Assembly: GCA_033442325.1 (NCBI GenBank)
Contig: JAWQFM010000004.1
Span: forward strand, 903,187 to 967,186
DNA: 64,000 nt
Origin: Salpingoeca rosetta
Taxonomy: Eukaryota; Protista; Choanoflagellata
Direction of reading: 5' to 3'
Both the position numbers and the translations under genes were made by a program. The number at the start of each line of letters is the position of its first letter. The first letter of the stretch is position 1. This document shows positions 26,260 through 39,031 of the stretch, piece after piece. The notes under the pieces are model-generated. The model saw only the letters and a program-made list of their open reading frames with translations. It was not told the DNA's origin and made no database searches.

Positions 26260-27221
26260 TTCATCAGCGAGATGCGCAGCCGTGCGTTTTGGCACAACCT
26301 GCTGAAGTCATCTGGTGAGCTGGCCAAGCTTGAGGACGCTGGGGCGCGCGTGGTGCCACTGGCGCGTGCAGGTGGTTTTGTGAATGACGGTTTTCAGTCG
26401 ACGGACGAAGCGGAACTGTTTGGCAGCTTCATTGTACGCGTCAGCACTGGCGTGGTACATGCTCACCGTCGTCCTCATCAGTGGCAACGACGTGGCACAG
26501 CTGCTGCTGGGTGCAGCCGACGACAACAAGTCGGTGGTGATCATGCTGGTGCTGGGTGTGCTGGCTGGTTGTGGACATGGTGCAGGAGGTACGGCAGTCG
26601 CCGCTGGTTGGAAGTGATGGATGTGGTGTTGGTGTTTGTGGTGCGTGGCACGTGCTCTTCCCAGCACGCACCCTTCCCAGCACACACCCTTCCCAGCACG
26701 CACTCTTTCCCAGCACGCACACACGTTCCTTCCACTGCTGTACCACCTGCAGCCGTTCCAGCCAGGGCATGATCCTGGCCCATCTGCTTCGACATGCGCT
26801 ACTTCCTGCTCTGCTCGTCCTCGGCATCAGCAATTTGGCTGGGTGGACGTCGTTCCGGCTGCTGCTCAACGACAACACACTGTCGGCCAACGGCCTTGCT
26901 GCTCGTGTTCAACAACATGCTGCTGGCGGACTTTGACCTGTGGATCCCTTTGACGGCGACTACAGTGGCGGTGCTGGCTGCTGCGCATCCTGTGTGTCAT
27001 CTCCATGGTGCTGCTGAACCTGCTGATTGCGCTCATGTCGGATTGCGCAGATGTTGAGTTCCAGCTGCTGCGTGACTGATGCAGGAGGAGAGGAGGACAG
27101 ATGTGCGACGCTTTTTTCAAGCGGTGGCTGCAGCGTGCAGTGGCAGGGTGTGCTGCATGCGCTGAAGAAGGAGATGCAGCGCAGCACGTGCAGAACACCG
27201 TTGCCGACCATCACAGAATGA
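26260..27221 (+). pseudogene. TRP-like cation channel remnant (pore and S6 region)
   Basis: Frameshifted hydrophobic segments, 'FNNMLLADFD', and S6-like 'ILCVISMVLLNLLIALMSD' at ~26990-27045. Confidence 0.55.
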
Positions 27222-27388
27222 GATGTGACGTGACATGTCTTGAATTTGATGGGTTGTGATGGTTTGTCTTTGCGTTGGTGTTGGTTTATTGCTTGCACTT
27301 TGCGTCGTTCCAAACCCCGCAATACATGCATGCTGAAGACACGTTCACTCATGCGTACACAAGAAGAGGAAGCGAGTGCACACACACT

Positions 27389-27448
<60 letters not shown>

Positions 27449-27458
27449 CACAACTCAC

Positions 27459-28045
27459 CCTCACTGTCTTCAAACCGCAACCGCTTCCCTTCCGCCATCA
27501 AGTTGCTGATGGTGGCGAGGATTGGTCCCCGATACCCACTCCCCTTCTCCTGCTCGATCAGATCAGGTTGTCGCTGCGTCCCCACCTCCCACATCAGCAC
27601 GCCAAAGCTAAACACGTCTGCCTCGAAGCTGTACTTGTCGCCCGTCAGTGCCTCTGGTGCCATGTACAGTGGCGTGCCCACACCAGCCGTCAGTGTCATG
27701 CTGGTCATCGTCTGCAGCCCAGCCTGCTGGCTGTACTGAGGGTAATCATCATGGCTTGAGGACAGGCGTATCCTTTGCTGCTGATTTCTGTCACGTGTGA
27801 AGCACTGGCGAATGGACCCAAAGTCCGTAATCTTGGCGCGAAGGGAAGCAGACACCAGCACGTTGCCGCTCTTCAGGTCTCTGTTTGGGTGTAGTTGGGG
27901 TGAGGGTAGGATGGTGCGGTGGGCAAGAGTACGTACCCGCATGCAAGCATGTATACGCAGCTTCAAGCACTCACACACACTCACACGTTCACAAACATAC
28001 ACAAACATAAACACGCACACACACACACGCACACACACACACACA

Positions 28046-28100
<55 letters not shown>

Positions 28101-31100
28101 TCACACACGCACACACACATACTCACACATACTCACACACGCACACACACATACTCACACACACACACACACATACTCACCGGTGCATCTGGTCGAGGCT
28201 GTGGATAAAGGCCATCCCACTGGCAACATCGCGCAGTAGTCGCAGCTTCAGACCCCACACAGTCATCAAACCAGGCCTTCTGTCGCGTCCTGTGCTCACC
28301 AACGTCAATTCCTCACCCACGATCTCTGATGCTGTCACACCCTGCCCCAGACTTTCTTCACCACTTTGCTTCCGTTGCTCCACCTCCGTTAACGCTTGCT
28401 CCACGTCCTTCCCCAACAAATCTTTAAGGGACCCCATCGCCACAAACTCCAGCACCAGGAACGGGCTGCCGTTGGGATCTGTCCCCGCACCAAAGAACCG
28501 CACCACATTCGGGTGCCGTGTCCGCTGCAGGAACTCCACCTCCTTCTCAAATTCCAACACCGTGCTCTCACCAAATGCCATGACGGCTTGCTGCAGCACC
28601 TTGACGGCCACCGTCACTGTGTCCCACTCTGCCTTGAACACCACGCCAAATGCGCCCGCAGTAACTCGCTTCATCATTTTCAGCTCATCATACCCAATCT
28701 CCCACGCCTTCTTCAGCGCCATCACCTCCTCGTCCATCTCTACCAGCAATTGGTCCTTGAGCGCGTTGTCTGCTTGTAAACGCCTTTGCCTCTTGTACGT
28801 GCGGTACCCGATGAACAGCAACGCTTGCAGTGCAAGCACGCCAGCGAGCGTCCCCAGCACAGCCGGCACAATGTCGAGCTCAATTGGTTCGCACCGCTCG
28901 CGTCGCATCTCATGCCCTTGTGAGCACTGGCAATGAAAGGAGTACACAATCTCAGTGACTGAACCAACTAGCCCAGGGATCGTGTTATCGAAAAGATCAA
29001 AGTCTCCGCTCGAGAGTTGAAGCGCGCAATCGATGGGAGCGTCTTGCAGTTGCAGCACTGGCGCTCGAGGCCTGCGAGGAAAAACTCGTCCGTTGCGGCG
29101 GAGATTTGATTCGGATAGGGCGATCTCGTGTCCCACGATTCGGTTGACTTCGACGGGGTCATTCAGCCACTTGTTCCCCGAGAGATCAACCACATCAAGG
29201 AGAAACAGGCATGTGGAAATGGTAGCCGGAGCAGACGCCGAGTTGAAGTTGCTCTCGGCCCTCAGGTTCCGCGCAAAGAAAACACGGCGGCCCCACCGCG
29301 TGCACAAGGCAGTGCTGGGCTGAATGCGTGTGTTGCTGATGTCCAACACATCGATGAACGGCGCGTCAATCTGAGTTAACTGCGTGCAATCGGACGCGTT
29401 CAGCTCTCTCAGCGCACTGGGGACGATGACCAGCTTGAGGTGCTCGTTGCGTTGGATCTGAACAGTTTGGAAGGTTTTGTTCGCACAGAGATGCAACCTC
29501 GTGTGCCGTGTGTTGACGAGGCGAAACACGTCCACCTCGTCTGCCAGTACATTGCATACCATTTCCAATGGCAAAGTGCGGTTGTCGGCGCCTGGCCATC
29601 CCAGTCCAATCACTCGAAGCTGAAGTGGCAGTTGCAGCAGGTGGCCAAGCACCTCACTCACGTCCACGTGTTGCAAGCTGAGGGTGCGCAGGTGTGGAGA
29701 AGGTGTCAAGTTGGTGGCGTCCAACACTGCTCTGCTGGTTCTGTCGTCATCATGCGCTGCGTCCAGCTCGACAGTTGTCAGATTTGGAAGAGTCAGAAGC
29801 GGTGTAAGATCGATCCTTTTGACACCGTGGTTCTGCATGCGCAGCACACGAAGAGCAGGCGCTTTCGTCATGTCTGGCATGTATTGCATGGGATTGTCGC
29901 CCAGGACGAGGGTGTGCAGGGAAGGCCATGGGTTGGGAATGAGAAACTGGGTCAGTTCGTTCGCCGCCATGTCAATGCGCTCGAGGCGTGGAAACTCTGT
30001 GTCAAACAGCCCGTCGACGTGCCGAAGGCGATTGTTGTTGAAGCTTATCGTCCGCACGTTGGGCGTGTGTACAAAGAGGTCGGGCGGTAGCACACTTGAG
30101 ACGGTTATTGTCACATTCAAGCTGGTCGAGGCGAGTGCATGAATCAAGCAATCCACCGGGCAATGCTGTCAATTGGTTGTCTCTCAGGCTCAAGTCGCTC
30201 AGGGAGATTGAATCTCGAAACAGAGTTGGCTGCAGTGATGTCAAGCGGTTGTTGTTTAAGGACAGGTGCCGTAGAGAAGTTAGCCCAGCAAAGATAGAGC
30301 CTGGGAGGGACGTGAGGAGGTTCCCTTCGAGAACGACGTCATTCAATCGGCGGTTTGTCTGAAAGATGGTGGGTGGCAGGGAGGTCAGGAGGGTGCCACC
30401 CACATTCAATGTGTGCAGCTGCGTTAGGCCAGCAAACACGTGTGCGTCTAGCTGCCGAATCGGGTTTGCGCCCAGCTCCAGCCACGTCAAGTGTTTCAGT
30501 GAATGAAACGCGCCAGTGGGAATGTTGATGCTGTTGGAGTGGAGAAAGAGCTCACACAGGGCTGTGAGGTTCTCGAATGCATCTGCTTGGATGCGCGGAA
30601 TTTTGTTGCGGTCCAAATCAAGCTCGACCAGGGATGTCATCCCTGCAAGTTTTGGAACCGATGCAAGGGAGTTGTTTCGCAAACGAAGCGCAAACAGCTG
30701 TGCCGCATGCTCGAACCCCCCTGTGTCAACTGCCTGGAGTAGTGTGCTGTGCTCGATAGTGATGGCATCCAGGATGGGAAAAACGTTGAGCACGCTCAAT
30801 TGAAACACTGGGAACTGCACACCAGTGATGCGCACCGTCGTACACATGGTCCAGTTGCCATGGTTCACAATCCACTGAAGCACCTCTGCTTCAACGTGCC
30901 CTTGCAAAGACAAGTGCCTCACTGTCATTGACGCCGCTTGCAAAGTACTCGTGTCAGTTGTGCTGTTCACTGCTTCGTGGCCAGAAACCGTGAGGTCAAG
31001 TACACCACTGGTGCTAGCTCCAGGGCACGAGCCATCAAGGATGCTTTGCAGGGTGCACTGGCCAGCATGCTGTTCGTCGCTATCAGCGCGGCGCACGCGT

Positions 31101-31390
31101 GTGCATGAGGGGTGCGGTTGTGCGCTCTTGAGGAGGGCAGCGGATGCCATGTGTGGTTGAGATGGGCTGCCTTTGATGGGTGCTGGTTTCCCTCTTCAAC
31201 ACCGTTGCTGTTGCAGCCAAAGAGAAGGCGTTCATCATGCGTTGGATCGATGACAGGTCAATCGTGGTGGAAGGAGTGCTTCGTGGACGCAACTGTCCCG
31301 TGGCGAACAGCACGCGATGCTCCTTGAGCGTGGTTTCCAGTTGCTTCAATGTTGTGTCCACGGAGGGGGACAGCATGCGGTCCTTGGCGT
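27459..31390 (-). pseudogene. LRR receptor-like kinase (TKL family), frameshifted and apparently lacking its last kinase exon
   Basis: LRR ectodomain (LxxLxLxxNxL repeats), Cys-rich juxtamembrane region, TM 'IVPAVLGTLAGVLALQALLFIGY'. Kinase 'AGAFGVV..VAVK..HR|DLKSGN..DFG..GTPLYMAPE..DVFSFG' with intron 28180-27881. One extra base near 30097 breaks the LRR frame. No subdomain XI exon was recognised after 27458. Confidence 0.8.
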
Positions 31391-31711
31391 TGTGAAACGG
31401 ACGTGGAGAGGTGAAGAGGTGGTGGTGTGGAGGTGTGAGTCAGTGGCAGCTGCAAGTGCAACCGTGAACAGAGCAAAAGGCACATCGTGGCAAAGAAGCA
31501 AGACGCGAGGACAACAAGAGCATACACACTTACACACTCACTCACACACACACACACACACACTCACTCACACACACACACTCGCTCACTCACGGCATCC
31601 TTCAAGCAGCCGCTGCCATGGACACGAGTCATCAAGCAGCCATGATGCCATGGACACGAGTCACCGAGAAGCCTGCCAACAACAACAACAACAACAGCAG
31701 TGGTGGAAACT

Positions 31712-31760
<49 letters not shown>

Positions 31761-32759
31761 CTGGGAGAGGAGGAGGAGGTGGTTGCGGCATGTCACCAAA
31801 GGAAGGACAGGGAATGGAAGCAAGGAAGGTGGAAGAAAGAAAAAGCACACAAGAGAATAACAACACAATACACCAGGGAAGGAAAGGATTCCCAGTTTTG
31901 CTGGCTTTGTTTCCTTCTGCGCAAACACTTTCCTTCCTCACTTGGAATTGCCCTGCGATGATTTGCTTTGCAAGAGAAAGAAAAAACTGGTACTTTTGGC
32001 AACACACGCAAGTTGGCCAGACTGCAGAATAGAAAACATGAAGTGGGGTTTGTTTGTTGTGCTTTGTGCTGTCGCGCACGTTGGCTTGGGCTGGTTGTGG
32101 ATCAACAACAGCACTGTCGCTTCCACACTGCACACCACATCAGTTCCTGCTGCTCCCATCATCATCACCCGCACAGACAGCGAACCACGGCGTGATTCCA
32201 AATGTGTGCTGCAGCTGCTACCTTCTTCCACCTCATCGTTTACTTCCATACTTCCGAATGATGACAGCCACTGGCAGTGGCACACTCAAGGACGCATGCT
32301 GACAGCAGCAGCAGCAACAACCGTGAAGGCAACTTGCGCAGTGTAGCGACATCTCTTTTCTGCACTCCGTGCAAGGCCACAGCTCACTTCCCTTTCCTTC
32401 ATCGTCATCATCATGGACGGCAACCTTTCTTCGCGCTGCACTGGCTTGGCAGTGGATGCAACCACCATGTGAGAACAGTGCGCAGCGTGTTTTGTTGCCC
32501 TTTCTCTTGTCGCCATGCTTTCTCTCAGACATGCGTGCACACAACTGAACTGTGCAGTGCAGCGATCTCACGTTCACTGTGCGTGCACCTTCCTGCGACC
32601 ATTACTCTCAGTGCTCTCTTGCAGCGCGAGTGCTTTTGTAATGACACCACCATCCACAGCCAACTCACTCAGCAGCTCTCTCGAGCTCATACACGTCGTG
32701 CTCGATGCGTGCATGCGTGACGATCTATGCTGCACGCACACGCTGGAACAGAGCAGCAT

Positions 32760-33330
32760 GTGGTGGCTGTTGGCCAACACGCACCTTGGTGCTGACGCTG
32801 CGGGAGGAGAGCAGCAACTGCAACGTGGCTATCCGAAGCTGGGACTGGACGATTGACGCGCTGTCTGTGCGCCAGGCAAGAGGAGCCGTCGTCTGTGTGT
32901 GGAACGTTGCTGGCCGCGATAGACGGCAACACAGCGCACAATCACCCCTCTTCACCGCGCAGAGGCGATGCGGGCGTTTGCGGACGTTGCATTGGTGGCA
33001 TCCTCGCATACGTTGCAGCTGCTTCACGAGGGCATGCACGTGTTTGTGCGCGGGGGACGGATGGCAACGTATTCTTCGCCGCTTGATTCGCCACATGATA
33101 CCCCGCATGATTCGCCGCATGATCCGCCATTCTTCCTGCAACAGGCGTTTGTGGACAAGCAGCTGTGGTACGACTGGCAGGTGACAACGCTTTGCAACAG
33201 CAATATGCCAGTATCCAGCATCGATGCTGCGCATGGCGTTTGATTGTGGATCACGATTTGCTGGATCAGAGGAGGTGCTGGACAGCATGGCATCAACTGT
33301 GCGTGTGTGTTGTACGCTGCACCAGGGCAG
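32760..33330 (+). pseudogene. Tyrosinase (type-3 copper protein) remnant
   Basis: 'CNVAIRSWDWT' resembles PYWDWT. CuB-like 'HEGMHVFVRGGRM..SPHDPPFFLQQAFVDKQLWYDWQ' has HH changed to QQ. Frameshifts and stops. Confidence 0.7.
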
Positions 33331-34888
33331 AGCCCCACCGTGCAATGAGACAGCCTGCGGCGGCACGCCTGAGACGGGAGAGATACTGCGTGAACACGGC
33401 GTGGCTGTGGTGCGGCGTGGTTGTGGGGACGTGCTTGTGAACGAGAACAGCGCACGCAGCCAATGTAATTGCACTGCATTCTGTGACGTGCAAGCGTGGC
33501 AAAGAGCACACTCATTCACTGGCATACGACTACATGTGCGCGATGTGCACCGCTTGCAGCGTGGTGTGGATGAGCGCATCCAGAACAGGACGCATCAGCC
33601 GGCCACTGCAGCCGCTGGCAAAATGGTGGAGGAACAGCAACTGCATGCGACGTGGCAATGCACGAACGATGCCGTGTCTGGGCACACGTACCGCAACGAG
33701 TTCACGCGCGGCGGTTGCAATCGATTTTGCTGCAGGATGCATTGACCTTGTGCTTTGATGCTGGACGGTACATGCAAGCGAACTGACTGCAAAGTGCCGA
33801 AGACACGACGCTCATTGTGTATTGTATGACACGCCAACCAGTGGTTTCTGGGATTCGTTGTGTGCGAGGACGCGACAATGCCGTGGCAACACGTCGAAGT
33901 GTTTCGGTGGCAATGACATACATGTGAAAGAGGGGCTGGAAACACCTGTATGTTTGCACATGCAAGGATTGTCCATGCATGGAGCACACCTTCATGTGTT
34001 TGTGCGCGCGTTTGAGTTTGTTCATTGAAGGTAAACATTCCACTGGTAGNNNNNNNNNNNNNNNNNNNNNNNNNNNNNNNNNNNNNNNNNNNNNNNNNNN
34101 NNNNNNNNNNNNNNNNNNNNNNNNNNNNNNNNNNNNNNNNNNNNNNNNNACAGCGTGGCATCAACTGTGCGTGTGTGTTGTACGCTGCACCAGGGCAGAG
34201 CCCCGCCATGCAACGAGACGACCTGCGGCGGCACGCCTGGGACGGGAGGGATACTGCGTGAACACGGCGTGGCTGTGGTGCGGTGTGGTTGTGAGGACGT
34301 GCCTGTGAACGAGAACAACGCATGCAGCCACTGCAATTGCACTGCATTGTGTGACGTGCAAGCGTGGCAACGAGCACACTCATTCACACACGTGCGTGAT
34401 GTGCACCGCGTGCAGCGTGATGTGGATGAGCGCATCCAGAACAGGACGCATCAACCGGCCACTGCAGCCGCTGGCAAAATGGTGGAGGAACAGCAACTGC
34501 ATGCGGCGTGGCAATGCACGAACGATGCCGCGTCAGGACAGACGAACCGCAACGAGTACGTGCGTGGTTGCAGTCGGTTTTGCTGCGGGATACATGAGCC
34601 TGTGCTTTGATGCTGGAGAGTACATGCAAGCGAACTGACTGCAAGTGCTGAAGACACGACGCTCATTGTGTATGACACGCCAACCAGTGCTCTCCAGGAT
34701 CCGTTGCGTGCGAGGACGCGACGATGCTGTGGCAACACGTCGAAGTGTTTCGGTGGCAATGACATACATGTGAAGGTGTGCGCCTTTGCACATGTGCAAA
34801 CGAGGACTGTCCATGCATGGAGCGCACCTTTATGTGCTTTGTGCGTGTGTTTGAGTTTGTTCATTGAGGGTAAACATTCCACTGGTAG
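33283..34888. repeat. Diverged tandem duplication, 33283-34049 vs 34150-34888, separated by a gap
   Basis: Both copies translate as 'MASTVRVCCTLHQGRAPPCNET...'. They differ by many substitutions and small indels. Confidence 0.85.
34050..34149. other. Assembly gap (100 N)
   Basis: Run of N. Confidence 1.
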
Positions 34889-34969
34889 CCACACTATGTG
34901 AACGTGACCAACAGACACACAGACACCATAAGGGTGGGAGTGACATGCGCAGCGATCGATCGAAACGCA

Positions 34970-35069
34970 NNNNNNNNNNNNNNNNNNNNNNNNNNNNNNN
35001 NNNNNNNNNNNNNNNNNNNNNNNNNNNNNNNNNNNNNNNNNNNNNNNNNNNNNNNNNNNNNNNNNNNNN
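34970..35069. other. Assembly gap (100 N)
   Basis: Run of N. Confidence 1.
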
Positions 35070-35149
35070 CAACACACGGTCACAGCCCAAGCAACAGCAA
35101 CACACCATGAGAGTTCAAACAGGTTCATGAAAAGGAAACACAACTGATT

Positions 35150-35257
<108 letters not shown>

Positions 35258-35286
35258 ACACACACACTCGCCCCTCTTCGTCAGTT

Positions 35287-36527
35287 TTAGCATCCTGGAT
35301 CCACCACGAGGCACGTGCCAACGCGGTATGGGATGCCGTAAATCAGACCGTTGTCTGCAAGCACACCTCCGTACCATCTCGCGTCCCCACCGGGGATTCC
35401 GCTGATGCTTTGCTGTGTGGCTCGGTTGGTGATGGGATCGATGATCAGCGCCTTGTAATAGTCGCGAGAGATGCCAACAACAAACCCGTTCTTCGCTGTC
35501 ACGGCTCCATGCCATTTCTGGTAACCCGAAATGCCGCTGATGGTGGTTGTGTCAATCGTCTTTGTGTTGGGGTTGATGATGAGAACAGAGCGCGAGTCGT
35601 AAGGAATGCCATAGATGAACCCATTGCCGCCCAAGGCGGCACCATGCCACTTGCGCCCACCAGAAATGCCTGTGATGGTGGTTGTGTCTGCAGTTCGTAG
35701 CTTCGGGTCAATGATGAGCACAGACTTTGAGCTGTAGGGAACAGAAAAGATGAGCCCGTTGCCAGCCTGAGCAGCGCCTTCCCACGTGCCACCACTTATT
35801 CCAGCGATGCTCGTTGTGTCAACAGTGTTGGTGTTTGGATCAATGATCAGCACAGCAGGACCACTTCTCGGAATGCCGTAGATGAGGTTGTCGTCCAAGC
35901 GCAGTGCAGAATTGTAGGACCCGCCGACACCGACGTCTGGGATTGTTGTCACGTCGGCGGTGTTGGTCGCTGGATCAATAATGAGCACAGAGCGCTCATG
36001 CCGGGGCAAGAAGTAAATGAGGCCAGTGTGGGCAAGCGCCCCTCCGTACCACTTTGACATCCCCGCCGGAGGGATGAAAGGCCAGTAATTGAGGTTCTGT
36101 CAGCAGTGTTGGAGTTTGGGTCGATGATGAGGATCGCCGTGACAGCGGCAGGGATGGCGTAAATGAGGCCATTCGGGGCCAAGACGCCCCCATTCCATTT
36201 GTAGTCTCCAGAACCAGCGGAAATGGTGCTCCTTGCAGACGCTGGGCAGGACGCGGAACGGAAGACGTTTAAGGTGTTGCCCAGTGTTTGAATCGCCATG
36301 TTTTGGGCTCCAAGCATGTCCTGCTGAACTTCAATGAGCTTCTGTTGCTCCTGCAGCCTGGTGTACATCTGTTGCACATCCATTCCGTTCACAAACACTG
36401 GCTGCTGGTCAGGATCGCTCGTGTTGATGTGAAACGCTCCCGTGCCGTCCTCCTCCAGCACCACGTTCCCTGGGCACACGCGACACAGCGCTCCCACCAC
36501 AAAGACCGCCAGCAGACCTCGTATCAT
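35287..36527 (-). pseudogene. Secreted 7-bladed beta-propeller protein, copy 3 (divergent), with one frameshift near 36065
   Basis: ORF 36527-35949 (signal, 'VVLEEDGTGAFHINTSDPDQQPVFVNG', coiled coil, repeat 1) and ORF 36060-35287 (repeats 2-7, ending LVVDPGC*) overlap in different frames. Could be a sequencing error. Confidence 0.75.
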
Positions 36528-36889
36528 GACTGATGGTGGGAGAGTGATGGGTGGTGTTTTGGTGAAAACGGACGATTGGCGATGTGCTCACCTGGATCTT
36601 CACTCTGTTGTCCGGATGTTGTGGGTGCTCCACACAAGAGCACGCAGAGCACGCAGACGCTGCATGACATAGAGCTGAGAGAGCTGAGAGAGCTCGCTCC
36701 TCATGCCACTTCCAATCCGCACAACTGGCATCCGGACCAAGTTTGCCGTCAAATCGAAGCACGGAGATGTGTTGTGATGTGAGAGCAGGAGAGCACGAAG
36801 CCCTCCGCGCACAAAACAAGCGTCAATTCGTTCATCGCAAAAGATGGCGTCAATGAAGTTGGCAAGGTGGAGGAGGGGCGTTCCACAAC

Positions 36890-37200
36890 GCCCGAAACAC
36901 GGCCTGGCGAGCGAGCCAACGAGAAGGTCAACGCTGCTGCTCAAGGAGCCACCAATGGACGGCAGGGGCGTGAGGTTGGTGTTGGTTGCTGAGATTGGCA
37001 GCTTGCTTAGTTGCTTGCAGCTGCGCAGGTTCTGAAACTCTCCTTGAACCGTGACCCGGCGCTGAGAGGCATCTGCTAGTCTGCTAGTCTGCTGGTGCTT
37101 GCTGTCGGTGCCTCGAACTGCTTTGCTTGTAGCCAATCTTGTTGCCCCTGCGTTGCATCCACGCAAGGCGTGACAGACAGACCCCCCAGCCCAAGAGCTC
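36890..37200 (-). repeat. Internally deleted copy of the 48900-50050 region (L-domain fragment fused to an RRM paralogue 4 fragment)
   Basis: 'VTVQGEFQNLRSCKQ..SIGG' matches 48950-49050, and 'gcgttgcatccacgcaaggcgtgacagaca' matches ~50005-50035. Confidence 0.75.
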
Positions 37201-37747
37201 AGGCAAGACTTGCTGACTTGAACTTGGCATGTTTTTGTTTGCTATGCCAGTGCTACAGTGCAGCAGCAGCAACAGGGTGCCACCGTCGCTGTCCCTTGTC
37301 GCTGTGGAAGCGCCACACGCCACGGCCGAGTGCACCTCACCGCACCCCTGTACAGCCTGTACTCCTCCTCGTGGGCCACCCCACGTGCCAGTGATAGTGC
37401 GGATAGTCGCCGCACTCTTCATCATCCAGCGTCCAGGCTTAACGTCGCGAAAAAAGAGAACTAACGCCGCTACACGCGGTCAAAACGCACAAAACACTCG
37501 TGAAGAATTATTCATGTCATCATCTCATTGCGTTCTTATTTGCATGTTGTTGTTGTGCGTTGTTGTTGTTGTCTGACGTGAGTGCAGTTCTCTTCTCCTC
37601 GCTTCTTCTTGCAGTGCCAGTTGACGATAGCGCCAATCTTCCTTCCCCCAAACCACAATCCCCACCAACCCCCCCCCCAACCAAGACCAGTCAACCTATC
37701 ATCGACGCTTAACACCACCTCCCCCTCCAGCCCCTCTCCAGCAGATC

Positions 37748-38616
37748 ATGCCAGCATCGCCAGCCTTCTGCTTGGTGCTGTTGGTGTTGCTACTCGTCAC
37801 CTTCCTCTTCAACACCGGCGCGCAAGAGCACTCAGAAGACCCAAACAATGCATCCATCTACATTGACGAGGCTGGTCACATGGTGTTTGAGGACAGTGAG
37901 GGGCAGGTGTCGCTGAAGGACCTGCTGCAGGCACTGGGAACACTTCAACAGAGCGTGTCCACGCTGCAGAACGACAACGCTGGGTTGAGAAACCAAAACA
38001 GCCAGCTGGAGGCTCGGTTGATGACTGTGGAAGAACAGCAGCAGCAGCAGCAGCAGCCAGAGCCATGCATTGCCTTCACGGCAAAGACGGCCATGACAAC
38101 ACCTGGCACGTTCAATGTTTCTCTGTCTTTCACGCAAGGCACCAACCTCCCACGCAACGTGTCTCTCTACATCGAAGTCGGTGGTGGAGGCGGGGCGGGT
38201 GCTTCGGCGGGCTGTTCCACCTACAACCAAGCCGGCGCATCCACCTCATTGGTGCAGCCCTCGGCAGCCACGACATGGCTATCCGCAACCGGTGGAGACG
38301 CCGGCAAGTACACAGCCGCGTTCGGTGTTGGCCATGGCTATGGCGACGAAGGACCAATTCGCATGGTTGGACGCGGCGGCGATGGTGGCGGTGGCAGCAG
38401 CTACATGGACTACACCAGCCATAATGGTGGAAACGGCGGCTACGCAGCCGGCGTGTTTCAAGTGGACTCCGCCTGGTCACGCATCTCGAGGCTGTTGTTG
38501 GAATAGGTGGCGATAGTGGCAGCGGATGCTCGTATCGCGGCCGCAAAGGATCGGACGGTTTTATCATCTTTCACCATCCAGCCCACCTGAACATCACCAT
38601 CACCACGCCTTCGTAA
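37748..38616 (+). CDS. Secreted coiled-coil + glycine-rich domain protein, probable frameshift near 38485
   Basis: Signal 'FCLVLLVLLLVTFLF', 'SIYIDEAGHMVF', coiled coil, 'VGGGGGAG..ATGGDAG..GGNGGYAAG'. The Gly-rich pattern continues in another frame as 'VVGIGGDSG..GRKGSDGFII'. Confidence 0.65.
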
Positions 38617-38627
38617 CAAGGCACGCT

Positions 38628-38718
<91 letters not shown>

Positions 38719-39031
38719 CGCGCGCTCACTTCGTCCTTTCGTCACGTCTGTGTCATCGTCATGAACTTTTCACGACATGTCATGTCACATCACAATCAAG
38801 GCCTACTTTCGGACAGCACAAATTATGTATGTCCATGAACCTTTTCGGGGTGATCTCACCATTTATTGCTATGCGGAGTCACTGGTGCAACTTTCGTCCA
38901 TGTCACACGCAGACACACCAAACATCAAACACGCAGCAGGCCGCCAGATCAAATACAAACAAAAGCACGCCCTTCCGCGCCCCCAGGTCCATTCACAGCC
39001 GAAGCGCAGCTCAGTCAGCAGAGACAGCACT

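Noticed and set aside
32038-32346. Short ORF MKWGLFVVLCAVAHVGLGWLW with a signal anchor
   Set aside because: No recognisable domain or downstream exons could be assigned.
33290-33450. Ankyrin-like 'GTPETGEILREHGV'
   Set aside because: Single weak match; more simply read as the decayed 3' part of the tyrosinase remnant.
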